Assembly: GCA_977017645.1 (NCBI GenBank)
Contig: CDRNVU010001290.1
Location: forward strand, 248,001-312,000
DNA: 64,000 nt
Direction: 5' to 3'
DNA from: Torpedo marmorata
Lineage: Eukaryota
The stretch's first letter is position 1. The number at the start of each line of letters is the position of its first letter. A program made the translations under genes and the position numbers. The notes below the pieces were generated by a model. It was not told where the DNA came from. It saw only the letters and a program-made list of their open reading frames with translations, and did not search any database. Shown piece by piece: positions 24,470 through 38,531 of the stretch.

Positions 24470-25310
24470 ACTGAACCACACTCTCCTACATTCGACCAAT
24501 AACCGTTGATTGGCGGACTATTGAGATACCTGTCAATATCTCTTTTAAATAAGACCAAACACTTGGTATCCACTTCTAGTCATCTTAGCAAATTCCAGAG
24601 TATCACCACTTCTTGGCTGAAGAAATTATTTCTCATTTCTTTTTACAAAGGGCACGCTTCAACCCTGAATGTGTGCCCTCTTGTACTAGACTCCCTACCA
24701 CAGACATTGACACATCTACTCTGTCCAGGTGAGGACTCATCTGTCCTGTATAAACCTCTGCTCTTATACTGTGTTCCGCTGGATTTGAATGCCACATTGC
24801 ATTCGCGTTCTTCACCACCGATTCAACCAGAAGGTTAAACGTTTGGCTATCCAGCTGGAAGACACCCAAGACCATTTGCTCCACCGATTGTGTTTTATTT
24901 TATCCCCATCCAAATAATAGTTTGCCCATTTAATCCTTCCACCAAAGTGCATGAGAATAAACCTGCGGCCTCAATTTGTAGAATCGGCAACTGCAGGGAA
25001 CAGAGTGTGAACTTCACTTTATCTACTCCCTATTCATTTCATAAACCTGTCAGCCTCCGACGCCCTCGAAAACAGGCACCCGCCAATCCAATATTTCCCT
25101 GCAACTTAAGCTGCCCAATAAAAGCAACATCCTGGTGAATACCCATTGAACCCCTTGCAACTGATTGACATCCTTCCTATCGCTGGGTGACTGAAACTGC
25201 CCAGTGTATCCGCGTGTGCCTTTCCAAAAACCTTGTGAAACAATGTCATGAGGTAGCCAAATTTGTGTTCAGTACCTAGGCGAATGAAGGCGAACCTACT
25301 ATACAACACA
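24470..25310 (-). mobile_element. Degenerate CR1 3' ORF2 fragments
   Basis: VESVVKNANAM, TLFHKVFGKAH and CR1 3'-like sequence. Confidence 0.6.
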
Positions 25311-25344
25311 TCCAGATAAACGAAGGGGACAGCAGATGCAGGAA

Positions 25345-26255
25345 TATTAATCGTCCGAACCGAAACAACGTTTCCTTTTCACCGACCATCGACACAGTCT
25401 CCCCACAAGGATGCGTGCGTAGCCCACTTCTCTACTCGCTCTTCGCCCATGATAGTGTGGCTCGGAACAGTGCAAACGCCATATACAAATTTGTCGATGA
25501 CACCAGGTCGTCGGCAGAATTACAGAAGGCAATGCGGAAGCGTACAACATTAAGATGGAGCATCGGGTTGAGTGGTGTCACTGAAATAATCTTCATCTCA
25601 ACGTTGTAAAAACTATGGAACTGAAGTGGACTTCAGGATGAGTAATTCAGCAGAACACAACCAGTCCTCATCGAGGGGTTAGGAGTGGAAAACGTTAAGA
25701 ATATCAAATTCCTGGGTGTCAACATCTCAAAAGAAATATCTCGGGAACTCCATGGTGAAGCAATCATGAGGAAGGAACGCCAGATGCCATAGTTCATGAG
25801 GAGTTTGACGAAATTTAGAATGTCTCCAAATGCATGCTAATTTCTACAGGTGAATTTTGGGAAGAATTCTGATTGGTTGCATTACTGTTGGTATGGAGGT
25901 GCCAATGGACAGGAAAAGGAGAGAAACTGCAGAGATTTGTGAACTAGGTCAAGACATCAAGGTCACCAGTCTCCTCCGAGTCAAGGTAATCGACAAGAGG
26001 CGGTTTCTCCAGAGAGTTGGCTCTATCTTCAAGGACCGTCAGCACGTACACGACGCCCTGTTCTTACTGATAGCATCAGGAAGGAGGCACAGGAGCCAAA
26101 AGGCGAACAGTCAACAATACAAAAACAGCTTCTTCCCATGCGCCATCAGATTTCTGAATGGGCAATAACCACAGACACTACCCCACATTCTCTTCTTTGG
26201 GATTAATTGATCATTTTTAATATAATTGACAGCGATTTTGCAGCGGTAATGCTGG
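25345..26255 (+). mobile_element. Rex1/Babar-type LINE 3' RT fragment
   Basis: SPLLYSLFAHDSVARNSANAIYKFVDDT, FLGVNIS, SGRRHRS...YKNSFFPCAIRFLN. Confidence 0.88.
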
Positions 26256-28156
26256 AACTTGATGGGAAGTTATCTCACCTGCCAATCAAGGTCACGCCTT
26301 GCCCATAGGTTAGCGCACACCTGGTCATTGGCCCCTGTAATTGCCTCATCGATACCGTCGCCGGACTCTCCGGCTGATGGCACGAAGAAGCCCACCACAT
26401 GAGAGTCATCTCACTCTTTCCCATCTGGGACGAACCCGAGCTCCACACCAGGCTGGGAGGCGTGGACAACGCTGTTGAAGCGTTGCTAAGGTGTGCCTTA
26501 AAAAGGGTTGGAATCTGAAGTATCCATATATCCATGGATAATGTGGATCTTGAGATGGAGACTGAGAATTCCAGAAATTAAAGGAGCAGTCGGGAATACA
26601 AAGTAAATTTAAGGGATGCATGAAACTGTGACAAATTGAATGAAGTGTTACAGGGAAGGTAGCCAAAATAATGCCGTGAGGATTGATATATATTTCGCTT
26701 CCAGGTGTAGAACATTTGTGAATATAGCGAGCCCTGCAGCACCATGAGAATAATTCACACTCATGGATTCTTACCCTACTCATGAGTGAATATGATGACG
26801 CAATAAACCCTTTTAACACCTCTGGGAAAATAACAAAGACAGATTGTAGTCTCACCGATTGACTTAAAACCTGGTCGTCTTCGAAATTAACATTTGGAAT
26901 AAATCGCTTAAAACTGTGGAATTATTAAAATTGAAAAGGCTTCAGAATTGATCCGCATCTGCCGTATAGATGCCTCTGCCATCATTCATGAAGCCGCCGA
27001 ATTAGTAAAGATATACAACAAGTAAATCTCGGTGTCAATGAGGTCTGAAACATTTGACAATAATCTGACGTCTTCCTCAAACTGATATCTTACAGAACGT
27101 CCTATTACTGCCACTCGCCAATGAAGTCAGGAATAGGAATGTATGGCAGATGAATGACTGGCTTAAGAATCGGTGCTGGCGTAGGGGTTCAGATTCGTGG
27201 ATCAGTCGCATCCCATCTGGGGTGGTATGACCTGCACAAAAAAAATATGTTTTGCACCTGAAATGGAGGGCGACCCGTGTCGTGACTGCCAGATGTTTTC
27301 GAGCTGTTGTGGTTGGCTGAAACTAGTTTGGTGGGTGGGCACCATAATGAGAGTGCGGAGAATAGAGCAGATGGTGAACTGGTTGATCAAAGTTTTGTGC
27401 ACCTGTGTGGAAGGACAGGCAGTGGAGGAATCATATATGTAGTTAGTGGGAGGATATGAAATGGGTTTATTTCAATGAAAGTATTAATAGCACCGAGTGA
27501 GCTGAATATTAGGCATTGGTCAGTGCATGTAATTACGATGTTCCGGCCGTTACCGAGACCTGGTTGTTGTAAAGATCAGCTGATGTAGGTTCCGGGATTT
27601 AGATGTGTTAAAAGTGATACGATGGAATGTAAAAGAGGGGAGAGCAGCATTGCAGGGGTAGCATCAGAGCAGCAGAAAAGATGACATTGTGGGGGGATTG
27701 GCTCCTGAGTCACTCTGGATAAAAGGCAGAAATAGGAAACGAGACATTTCTGAATTGGGAGTCGTTTGTAGTCTCCTAAATACCGATCGGGACACTGAGG
27801 ATGATGCAGGTGGACAGATGTTGGACTGATGTAGAAATAAGAGGCTTGTTATTAAAGGATATTTCAACTTCCCAGATATTGAATGCTGCCTCCTTACCGC
27901 TAGAGGTATGGACAGGGCTGAAATTGTCAGGTTTGTCCAAGAATATTCCTGACACAAAGTTTGGACCAGGTGAAGACGAAGGGAGAGGCCATACTGCAAG
28001 TAGTTCTGGATAATGAAGCTTGTCAAGTGACGGAACTCTCGGTGAGGTAGAATTTGGGGGAAAGTGCCCACAACTCCCAAACTTTCATCATCGCGATGGA
28101 TAAGGATGAAAACCGACAAATGCTAAAATGTTTAACTGGGTAAAGGAAAATTGCAA

Positions 28157-29660
28157 AAGTAAATCACGAAAATCTGCAGACACCGTGGTTGAAGTAAAAA
28201 ACACAAATGCTGGAGAACTCAGCAGGTCAAACAGCATATTTTATGTAGCAAAGGTAGAAATACATAACCGACGTTTCGGGCGTGAGCCCTTCATCAACGT
28301 ATGAGAAAATGCCGGCAGGCGTCCGAACATAAGAGTGAGGGGGGAAGGGGGTGGCAAAGGCAGAAGATGTCAGGTGGAGAAAGGAGGGAGGGGACAGCAG
28401 CAAAGAGGGGGAGGAGGGATGGCTGGGTGGGTGGAAAAAAATGGAAGGACAGGTACGGGGGAGGGGACGGGAAAGGCAATCAGGTTTAATGGAAAGCAAA
28501 AAAGTTAATGTTATGCCATCTGGCTGGATTTTGCCCAGACGGAAAATAAGATGTTGTTCCTCCAATTTGCGGGTAGTCGGGGTGGGATAGTACATAAGGC
28601 CATGGACAGACATGTGAGTGTGGGAGTGTGAGTCGAAATTAAAATGGTTGGCTTCTGGGAGGCCGTTGTTGTTGCGGACGGAGAGGAGGTGCTCAGTGAA
28701 GCGATCTCCCAATCTACGACCGGTCTCTCCGATGTATAGAAAGCCACAAAGGGAGCACCGCATGAGTACATAAGTTATCTGGATGTACAAGTGAAGTCCA
28801 GTTTCACTTGAAAGGCCTGTTTGGGGCCCAGGACCGTGGTGAGGGGGAGGTGTGGGCGTAGGTGTTGCACCTCCTGCGGGCACAGGGGAAGGTACCGGGG
28901 GTGGAATGGGTGGGTGGGATGAGTGCACGAGGGAATCTCGGAGGGAGCGGTCCCTGCGGAAGGCCGAGAAGGGAGAATAAGGATAAACGTGTCTGGTCGT
29001 GGGATCCTGCAGAAAGTGCCGGACATTCCGCCGCATAATTTGTTGGATGCGGAGGCTTGTGGGGTGGTAGGTGAGGATGAGGGGGTATCTATGTTTGTTG
29101 CGTCTGGGGGCAGAGGGGTCCAGGGCAGATGAGCGGGAAATGGAGGAGATGCGGGTGAGGGCTGAGTTGATGGTGGTGGAGGGGAAGCCACGTTTGTGTA
29201 TAAAGGCAGACATTTCAGAAGATCTGGACTGGAATACCTCATCTTGGGAACAGATGCGGCGTAGACGGAGAGATTGAGAGAAGGGGATGGAATCCTTGCC
29301 GGGGACAGGGTGTGAGGAAGTGTAGTCCAGATAGTTGTGGGGGTTTGAGGTTTTGTCATAAATGTTGGTGGAAAGCTTGTCTCCCGAGATGGAGACAGAG
29401 AGATACAGGAAATGGAGGGTGTCATCGGAGATGGACCAGGTGAGTTCGAGATCGGGGTGGAAGTTGGACTCGAAGTGGATGAAGTTGACAAGCTCATCGC
29501 GGGTACATGAGGCAGCACCGATGTAGTCGTCCATGTACCGGAGGAAGATATGAGGGGTGTTACCTGTGTAGGCTTGCAGCATGGATTGCTCCACAAAGCC
29601 TACAAACAGGCAGGCGCAGCTGGGACCCATGTGGGTATTCATGGCAACTACTTTGATTTG
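28157..29660 (-). mobile_element. 5'-truncated Penelope-like retroelement (RT C-half, GIY-YIG endonuclease, 3' end)
   Basis: MGPSCACLFVG, LRYMDDYIG, YLDYTSSHP, SIPFSQSLRLRRICS and CSLCGFLYIGETGRRLGDRFTEH; terminal hammerhead-like motif. Confidence 0.93.
28263..28303 (-). ncRNA. Minimal type-I hammerhead-ribozyme-like motif
   Basis: Minus strand: catacg-TTGATGA-a-GGGC-tcac-GCCC-GAAAC-GTC-ggttatg. Core C3 is U and stem I is imperfect. Confidence 0.55.
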
Positions 29661-30092
29661 GCTAATTGAAAGACTAATTAAAGCAGTGTTACGAAGCAAC
29701 GACGAATGATAAATTTGGAAAAATATTTTCTCTTGGAAAACCACAGATGAAATGTGGAGGATGACTCGAGACTATTCATGCTATGTTATGGACAGGTTTG
29801 TGCACTAAGAGAAGGAAACGAAAGCACGATAAGAGAACGGTGGTTGACAAACCAGGTGAGGGAGCGAGTGAAGAGGCGGAAGGAAGCATACATAAGATTT
29901 AGGAAGCAAATAAGAGGAAGGGCTCATAAGAAATATACGGCAGCCATCAAGGAACCTAAGAGTGGAATTTGATAAGGTCCCCCATTGTAGACTCGTTCAG
30001 AATCATGGCTGAATTCAGAATTGGTTTGATTGCGAAAACTGATGGTGGTATTCGATGGAATGTATTGTGTCTGGCGGTCAGTGACGAGTGGT

Positions 30093-33000
30093 GGGCCATA
30101 TAACCATATAACACAGCACAGAAACAGGCCATTTCGGCCATTCTAGTCCATGCCGAGCACCTTCTCCCACCTAGTCCCACTGACCCGCACCCGGCCCATA
30201 ACCCTCCACACCTCTCTCGTCCATATACCTATCGAACTTTTCCTTACATTTTGAAATAAACCCTGCATATAACACTTCGGCCGGAAGCACGTTCCACTCT
30301 CCCATCACCCTCTGAGTGAAGAACGTCCCCCTCATATTTCCTCTAAACTTTTCCCCCTTCAATCTCAATCCATGCCCTCTTGTTTGAATCTTCCCCACTC
30401 TCAATGGAAAAAGCCTGTCCACGTTGACTCTACCTGTCCCCTTCATAATTTTAAATACCTCTATCAAATCACCGCTCAACCTTCTACGCTCCAGGGTATA
30501 AAGTCCAAGCCTGTTCAACTTTTCCCTGTAACTCTAATCCCGAAACCAAGGCAACATCTTTGTAAATCTCCTCTGCACTCTCTCTATTCTGTTTATATCC
30601 TTCCAATAATTCGGCGACCAAAACTGCACACAATATTCCAAATTTGGCCTCACCTATGCCTTATACAACTTCAACATGACATCCCAACTCCAATATTCAA
30701 TACACTGATTTATGAAGGCCAACATACCAAATACTTTCTTCACCACCCTATCTACGTGTGGCTCAACAATCAGGCAATTATGTACCAGAATTCCTAAATC
30801 CCTCTGTTCTACTGCACTCCTCAAATGTCTTCCATTTAACATGGATGACCTTTGCTAATTAATCGTACCAAAATGTAGCACCTCACATTTATCAGTATTA
30901 AACTCCATCAGCCCTGTTTCCGCCCATTCTACTAACTGTCCTCTATCCCCTGCAAGATGCGATATCCCTCTTTACTGTCCACAACACCACCAATCTTCGT
31001 ATCATCTGCATACTTACTAACCCAATTTACCACCCTATAATCTATATCATTTATATATATGACAAACAAAAATGGACCCAGTACCGATCCCTGAGGCACT
31101 CCACTAGTCACCGGCCTCCAATTTGACAAACAGTTTTCCACCACCACACTCTGGCATCTCCTACACAACCATTTTTGAATCCATTTCACTACTTCGTCGT
31201 TAATAACTAATGCTTAAACCTTCCAAACTAGCCTCTTATGCGGAACATTGTCAAATGCCTCTCTAAAGTTCATATATACAACATCCACAGCCTTCCTCTC
31301 TTCAACATTCTTAGTAACCTCATCGAAAAACTCTATGAGATTTGTTAATCATGATCTACTACGAACAAAACCGTGTTGACTACTCCTAATCAATGCTTGT
31401 CTTTCCAAATAACTGTATACCCCATCTCTAAGAAAAATCACCATTAATTTACCCAACACCGACGTCAGACTCACAGGCATATAATTTCCAAGTTTACTTT
31501 TGGAGCCCTTCTTAAACGGCGGGACAACATGAGCTACCTACCAATCCCGCGGCACCTACCTCGTGGACAGACATTTTAAATATTTCTGTCAAAGCCCCCA
31601 CTATTTGTACACTAACATCCCTCAGGGTCCTCGGGAATATCCTGTCAGGACCTGGAGATTTATCCACCTTTATACTCTTTAAAAGTGCCAATACTACCTC
31701 CTCATTCATCTTTATATTATCCATGACCTCACTACCAGATTTCCTTACTTAACCTGGCTCAATATTCTTTTCCTTTGTAAATAGTGAAGAAACAAAATAT
31801 TTAAAAATTCCCCCATCTTCTGTTACTTCTCACATAGCCTACCCGTCTGATCCTCAATGGGCACAATTTTATCCCTCACTATTCTTTTGCTATTAATGTA
31901 CCTGTAGAAACCCTTTAGATTTATTTTTAACTTGCCTGCCAAAACAGCCTCATCTCTCCTTTTAACCTCTCTAATTTATTTCTTAAGATTTTTTTACACT
32001 CCATATATTCCTCAAGGACCTCATCTATTCCCTGCTGTCTGTGCCTGTTGTACACATCCCTCTTCCTCCGAACAAAATTCCCAATATCATCCATTTATCT
32101 GTGACATCCTTCCATAAAAATAAATTATTCCAATCCACACCCTCTCAATCCTTCCTCATCTCCTCGAAAGTTGCCTTATTCCAATCAAGAATCTCAACCT
32201 TAGGCCCTGCCCTATCCTTCTCTATTATCAACCTAATACTAATAGTATTATGATCACTAGACCCAAAGTGTTCCGCAACACAAACCTCTGTCACATGAAC
32301 TATCTCGTTCCCAAATAGGAGATCCAATACTGCCCCCTCTCTCGTCGATTCTTCTATGCATTGATTTAGAAAACTTTCCTGAACACATTTGACAAACACC
32401 CACCCATCCAGCCCTATTACCGTATGGGCGTCCCAGCCAATGTGTGGAAAGTTAAAATTACCTATAATCACCACCTTATGTTTATTACACATATATTCTA
32501 TCTCCTTACAAATTTACTCCTCTAATTTCCTCTGCCCATTCGGTCGTCTATATTACACTCCCATCAGTGTTTTCATGCATTTCCCATTCCTCAATCCCAC
32601 CCAAATTGCTTAACTGGACGAGCCGTCCAATCTATCCTGCAATAGCACCGCTGTAATGGCTTTTCTAACAAGCAATGCGACTTCTCCAACTTTTATCCCC
32701 CCCCCCTATTCTATCAAGCCTAAAACAACGGAATCCAGGAATATTAAACTGTCAATCATGCCCCTCCTGCAACCAAGTTTCACTGATAGCTACAATATCA
32801 TATTTCCATGTATCAATCCATACTCTAAGCTCATCCACCTTTCTTACAATGCTCCTTGCATTGAAATATATACACTTTAGAGAATGTCCCCCGAATACAC
32901 TCCTTTCATTACCCTCTCCTTCATTAAATTTAACATTCTGGTTCCTCTCTTCCTTCAAATCTAGGTGTTATTCTACCCTACTCTCCGCATTCTCATTCTG

Positions 33001-33665
33001 GTTCCCACCCCCACCCCCGTCAAACTAGTTTAAACCCTCCCCAACAGCTCTATCAAACCTGCCTGCCAGGACATAGGTCCCCCTCCAGTTCAAGTACAGA
33101 CTGTCCCTTTTGTACAGGTCAGACCTTCCCCAGAAGAGATCCCAATGATCCACAAATGTGAACCCCTGCCGCCAGCACCAACTCTTTAGCCACGCATTCA
33201 TCCTCAACATCTTCTCATTCCTTCCCTCTCTTGCGCGTGGCGCAGGCAGCAATCCTGAGATTACCAACCTCGAGGTCCTACTTTGTAACTTCCTTCCTAA
33301 CTCCTTATATTCTTTCTTCAGGACCTCATCCCCACTTCTTTCTATGTTATTGGTCCCCACGTGGACCACGACACCTGGCTGCTCGCCCTCCCCCTCCAGA
33401 GTCTTTTGTACTCGATCAGAGACATCCCTGACCCTGGCACCTTGAAGGAAACATACCAACCGGGAGCTTCGATCTCGTCCAGCCAACCTCCTATCTGTTC
33501 ATCTAACCAGCGAGTCCGCAATTACAAAACCTCTCCTCTTTCTCCCCCTTCCCTTCTGAGCCGAGGGGCCATCCCCCGTTCCAGAGACCTGACCCCCGCG
33601 ACTTTTCCCTGGTAGGTCGTCCCCCCAACTGTATATAAAGCAGTATACTTATTGTTGAGGGGAGC
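30093..33665 (-). mobile_element. Near-full-length degenerate CR1 LINE (ORF1 esterase, endonuclease, RT, 3' tail)
   Basis: ORF1 SGNH-like VVVHVGTNN...VISGLLP...DHWDLFW; endonuclease CIYFNARSI, ISETWL, GNFNFP, GSSDHN; RT KSPGPD, SGVPQGSVLGP, KYADDTK; C-terminus FFTQRV; tail (TATGGTTA)n. Confidence 0.93.
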
Positions 33666-34875
33666 GACCAACTTTTAAATATATGGTCTCGTAAAGGAAT
33701 TAAATACATAGCAGATTGTTATGTTGGGGATTAATGAATGTCATTTGTAAAATTAAGAAATAAATATAGAATACCCAATAATACAATTTTTTTGGTACTA
33801 TCTGTTAAAAAAATATTTAAGAGACAAATTAGGCCCAACAGCGTCATTGCAGAAACCTAGTGATATTGAATTTTTGATTCGGAATAGATGCATAAAGAAA
33901 TTTACTTCAGCTATGTATAACTTACTACAAAAATTAACTTTAAAAAAGGGATTCATGGGTCCAGACAAAGATGGGAGATGGATTTGAATATTAATATTGA
34001 TGAGCGAAATTGGTCGGAGTTATATCGAGATAATATGACAAATACAATAAATGTTAGGTACAGATTGGTTCAATATAATTTCTTATATCAATTATATATT
34101 ACACCACAGAAAATGAAATTGTTCAAATCAGGGTTATCGGATCAATGTTTTAGATGTAATCAGGAAATAGGATCTATTTTTACACTCAACTTAGTCTTGG
34201 CCTCAAGTAATATCTTTTTGAATAGACTTAAAAACCTTTTTAGCGCAGATTATGGGAATTAAATTTCCAAAAGATCCAATGTTGTTTTTATTACGTAATA
34301 TTGAGGGGATAAGACCTAAATTGAAAGTAAGTATGTGTCAAAAAGAATTAAAAAAAAATTACATTAGCAGTAGCAAAAAAATGTACAGCAGTAATTTGGA
34401 AATCAGACTCCCTCATGGGTATGGAACGGTGAAATACAGAAATGCGTAGTTGTGTCCCGCTTTTGAAGATTACATAATTTAAGAAACAAATATGATGTAT
34501 TTTTGAAAATTTGGCGCCCATATTTACAAATTGTAGGAACAAATTTATAGATTTCTCCAGCCCGAATGCCTCGTTAATCTCCTTGAGAGAATTAGGGGGG
34601 AAAAAGTAACTGATTAAAACCGTGTTGGAGGTGACGACTTCTTACCATCCAGGTTACTTTATCTTTCTTCATACTTTTATTTTATTTATTTTCCTTTCTT
34701 TTCTCTCTTCCTTTGTGGGGCTTTGGTTTGGGGGGAGGTGGAGGGAGGTTCGGGATTTAGCCATAATTTATGAGTGATGTAATATTAATGAATTTATATT
34801 TTATTATGTGTTATGTGAATTATGCATGAATGGATAAAATAATTTAAATACAATATTCCAAAAAATATATTTAAA
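33665..34875 (+). mobile_element. 5'-truncated L1-clade LINE
   Basis: WEMDLNINI, INVRYRLVQYNFLYQLY, CFRC; frameshifted; 3'UTR with a G-rich patch and A-rich end. Confidence 0.88.
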
Positions 34876-35019
34876 AGGGTGGTTACCGTTATCGTGGATG
34901 ACTGTAGAAAAGACTGGTATTTTTTGTCCTGATCTTCATTGGGGAGGGGTGCCAACAGAAATCCCAACAGCAACAGGCAGGTTGCCTTCAAACATTGCGG
35001 AAATATCTTATTTACTTCT

Positions 35020-35271
35020 AAATTTCGGCATCCAGTCAGGTAACAGACCACGTCGGCCCACGGACCGGTGCTTCCTAATTACACCTAATTTACCTGCGAC
35101 CCACGGTACGTTCTGAAGGGCGGGAGGAAGACGGAGCCCCGGGGAAAAAAACCCACGCAGGCACAGGGAGAACGTACAAACTCCACACAGACAGGACGGA
35201 ATTCGAACCCCGGTCCCGATCGCCGGCGCTGTAACAGCGTTTCGCTAATCGCTACGCTAAACATGCCGCCC
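35020..35271 (-). mobile_element. V-SINE (HE1-like)
   Basis: tRNA-like head with B box ggttcgaattcc and V-domain GAGTTTGTACGTTCTCCCTGTGCCTGCGTGGG. Confidence 0.87.
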
Positions 35272-35476
35272 GATTTGTGGACATCCCAATCACGAGGGGT
35301 GACAAATTGGTCCGAATTGCTACCCGCTCCCATCGAAACTTTTCCAATCGAAAGTGGTTGAACGCCCCAATCACAGGTGATGGCAGCAGGTTGGGGATTT
35401 CCATAAATTTCGAAAAATATTCTCAAATTGAAAGTAGCGGCAGTTGAACTTGAGAAGGAGAGTGAAAGATCGAAAT

Positions 35477-36760
35477 GAATCAGAATCAGAATCAGAATTT
35501 ATTTTCAGAAACAAGGTCATGAAATTCTGTGTTTTGCGGCAGCATCATATTGCAATTAACATTCATATTAACCATCTTTCGAAGTTACTATAAAAATTAT
35601 AAATAATAGTGCACGAAAAGTAAGGCAGTGTCTTTGGTTCATTGATAATTCAGGAATCTGATGGCAGCGGGGAAGAAGCTGTCCTTGTGCCGTTGAGCGC
35701 TCGTCTTCAGGCTCCTGTATCTTATTCCCGATGGAAGCAGAGTGAAAAGGGCATGTCCTGGGTGGTGGGGGTCTTTGAGGATAGAGGCTGCTTTTTTAAG
35801 ACACCGCCGCATGTAGATGTCCTCGATGTAGTGGAGTTTGGTGCCTGTGATATCACAGGCCGGGTTAACAACCCTCTGGAGTTTACTCTTGTCCTGAGAG
35901 TTGGCGCCTCCATACCAGGCAGTGATGCAACCAGCCAGAATGCTCTCCACGGTACGCCTGTAGACGTTTACGAGAGTCTTCGGTGACATACCGAATCACG
36001 GCAGACACCTCACAAAGTATAATCGCTGACGAGCCTTCTTTGTGATTGCATCAACGTGGATGCTCCAGGACAGATCATCGGAGATGTTGACACCCAGGAA
36101 TTTCAACTTCTTCACCCTCTCCACTACTGAGCCCTCGATGAGAACTGGGTCATGTTCCCTTGACTTCCTCCTGTAGTCCACAATCATCTCCTTGGTTCTG
36201 ATGACGTTGAGCTCAAGGTTGTTGTCGTTACACCATTCAACAAGCTGATCTATCTCCCTCCTGTACGCTTCCATATTGCCTTTTGTGATTCTGCCTACAA
36301 CTGTGGTGTCATCGGCAAACTTGGAGATGGCATTGGAATTGTGCCTGGCCACACAGTCATGGGTGTATAACGAGTAGAGCAGTGGTCTAAGCACGCATCC
36401 TTGGGGTGCGTCTGTGTTGATAATCAGTGAGGAGGAGACGTTGTTTCCAATACGTACTGACTGTGGTCTTCCGATGAGAAAGTAAAGGATCCAGTTGCAG
36501 AGTGGGGTACAGAGGCCTAGAATTTGTAGCTTCTTGAACAGCACTGAGGGAATAATGGTATTGAAGGCCGAGCTGTAGTCGATTAAGAGCAGCCGTATAT
36601 ATGAATTGCTGTTTTAGAGGTGATCCAGAGCTGAGTGGAGAGCCAGCGATATTGCATCTGCTGTGGAGCGATTGTGACGATAGGCGAATTGCAGTGGGAC
36701 CAGACCTTTGCTTAGGTACGTGTTAATTCTGGCCATGACCAGCCTCTGAAAGCCTCTCAA
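35477..36760 (-). mobile_element. Relatively well-preserved Rex1/Babar-type LINE 3' half
   Basis: [40 protein letters not shown]...[19 protein letters not shown] and DSFFPAAIRFLN; 3' microsatellite (ATTCTG)n at 35477-35500. Confidence 0.92.
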
Positions 36761-37875
36761 ATGAGACTGACAAAATCCAGCAGTCACTGAAGGATAGGGT
36801 TTGAATTGTTTGCAACCACTGAAATTCTCAAACAAGTCTGACAACAAACACAGCGATGAGAATAACTTTTTATCAATCAGATGATCGTGAATGCATGTTC
36901 AAAAGAATGAAAGGTTACAATGGAAGCGGTAACGTGGCCGTTCAGTCTGCATTCAGATGAGCTGTAACTTGATTGCATGGCAAGACAAATTGATCGCCCG
37001 TGTTTCCTGCTCCCGTTGCTCGTAATCCGCTTTATTATATGTTTGAAGTTGATTCATCGTGCTTTTATATCTTGACGCCAGATATTCATCAAGCGCACAA
37101 TAATCAATAATGTAACATTAGCCTTGGCTAACGCTACAACGACCTGAGACTCCCCAAAGGCCGCACGCTGGACTATCCCCATCTCCGTATCTTGACATCT
37201 CCCTCTTTATACATACACAAACGCACAGTTATTTACGCCACGTTGACAAATATCCTGTCCTCAGCTAGAACAATGTATGTTTCTAAGAAAAAGCATATGG
37301 AAGAATGTAGATTAAGGGACGCAGTTATAATGTAAACTATTACTCAGAATTTGTGCACAGGCCGATAAGGTGCGAAGCACCTACGGGCTAAATGACCCAA
37401 ATTATTGTATTTCTCATACTCATTTTATGCTCATCTGAAGAGCAAGTCCACTTTGACAAAGGATACCTTTGTCTGTTTCTCTGTGCATCATTCTAATATG
37501 TGATGCTTCTCTGGAGCTTTATTATGAAGACAGTGGCATGTCTACCAATTATCATTGAGCTTCGGATAGGAGATATCCAATCTCCGACTGATATTATGAA
37601 TGTTTCTCGGCGGAGGGGGCTTTGTTTCGGCGGGATATATTACATCATTCTCTGGAGTGAGATTTCTGCGCTAAGAATAAATTGCCGGTTTGAAAGGGGT
37701 TTAATGGTCATGTTTGTTCAGTGACTGCAATTAATATCTGTCAACTAGTGACTATAATTGTGAAACCAAGCGGCTGTGCCCTTCCAATAATAACAGCTTC
37801 CTTAAGCGCGTCCGTCCATATTGTCAGTGGAAAAGCATCAGCTGCGGTCTCTGCATCTTCACCGGCTCCTCGGAC

Positions 37876-37975
37876 ATGGAGATAATGAAGAGGGGCCACC
37901 TGTTCCCTTTATATTTTTTCATGCAGGAACTGGAAAAGATATATTTCCCCGTGCTAGCGACGGTTGCCCTCCCGC
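37876..37975 (+). CDS. GPCR paralog C, coding exon 1 (MEIMKRGHLFPLYFFMQELEKIYFPVLATVALP + C)
   Basis: gacATGg Kozak; 33 codons plus 1 nt; donor C|GTAAGT at 37976; IYFPVLATVALP aligns with IYYPGLAAVGIP of B; phase 1 joins exon 2 (C+TC = Leu, then NLMTI). Confidence 0.85.
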
Positions 37976-38531
37976 GTAAGTATCCGATCCAACTTAACTC
38001 CGTTTATCATGTTTAAATGTTATTTTGGCCTTCTGTTTGTTTCCAGTCGCACCTCTCACCGACCTCAAACTCCAGGTCATTTGCCGTGTATGTGAGTTGC
38101 TTTGCCTCTTTTCCCCGAATAATTGACATTACCCCCTTTACCCATCTGAGGATCTGACGGGGTTAAACTCGCTGAAGTCACTTAAACACAGCGGGGATCA
38201 TTCTCTTCAATATTAAGGCAACCACGCAGAATAAATGGTGGTGGTGGGGGGGGGTTACTTGGCCGTATCCAGATGCGTTCCGCACTCGGTGGGAACAGGT
38301 ACATCACAAATGCACCACTGAATGTCTGGTTTCTCTCTCCCACAATCCAGCCTCAGCTCTCCAGATCACGCGCGCACCTCCTGTTTCACTTCAATGATTT
38401 TCTGTCTGGTTCGCGAGATAGCATAATATCTGTTCTCTTTAAAAGTGGGATCATGTGAAATTATTTCGCATTGCAAATGTTCCGCTCATATCACTGTTAG
38501 AACTATCTGAATACCGTCGAATCGCAACAGG

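Larger units (their letters stand above)
27090..30092 (+). mobile_element. Old CR1 LINE (ORF1 end, endonuclease, partial RT), interrupted by a Penelope-like insertion
   Basis: QMNDWLKNRC, YFNE, AVTETW and YFNFPDI remnants before 28156; CR1 sequence resumes after 29660 (KTTDEMW, WLTNQVRERVKRRKEAY). Confidence 0.75.

Noticed and set aside
26275-26500. Possible LTR-like fragment (CCAAT-type motifs, GC-richer patch)
   Set aside because: No TG...CA ends, TSD, PBS or PPT could be identified; cannot be supported without a repeat search.
28227-29744. 505-aa ORF as an intact or domesticated Penelope protein
   Set aside because: The element is 5'-truncated (the ORF start lies in flanking CR1 DNA), the middle is out of frame (GPKQAFQVK is in another frame) with compensating shifts, and the C-terminus runs into the UTR.
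33025-33486. Host SGNH esterase gene
   Set aside because: It is CR1 ORF1, sitting directly upstream of the endonuclease/RT in a decayed element.
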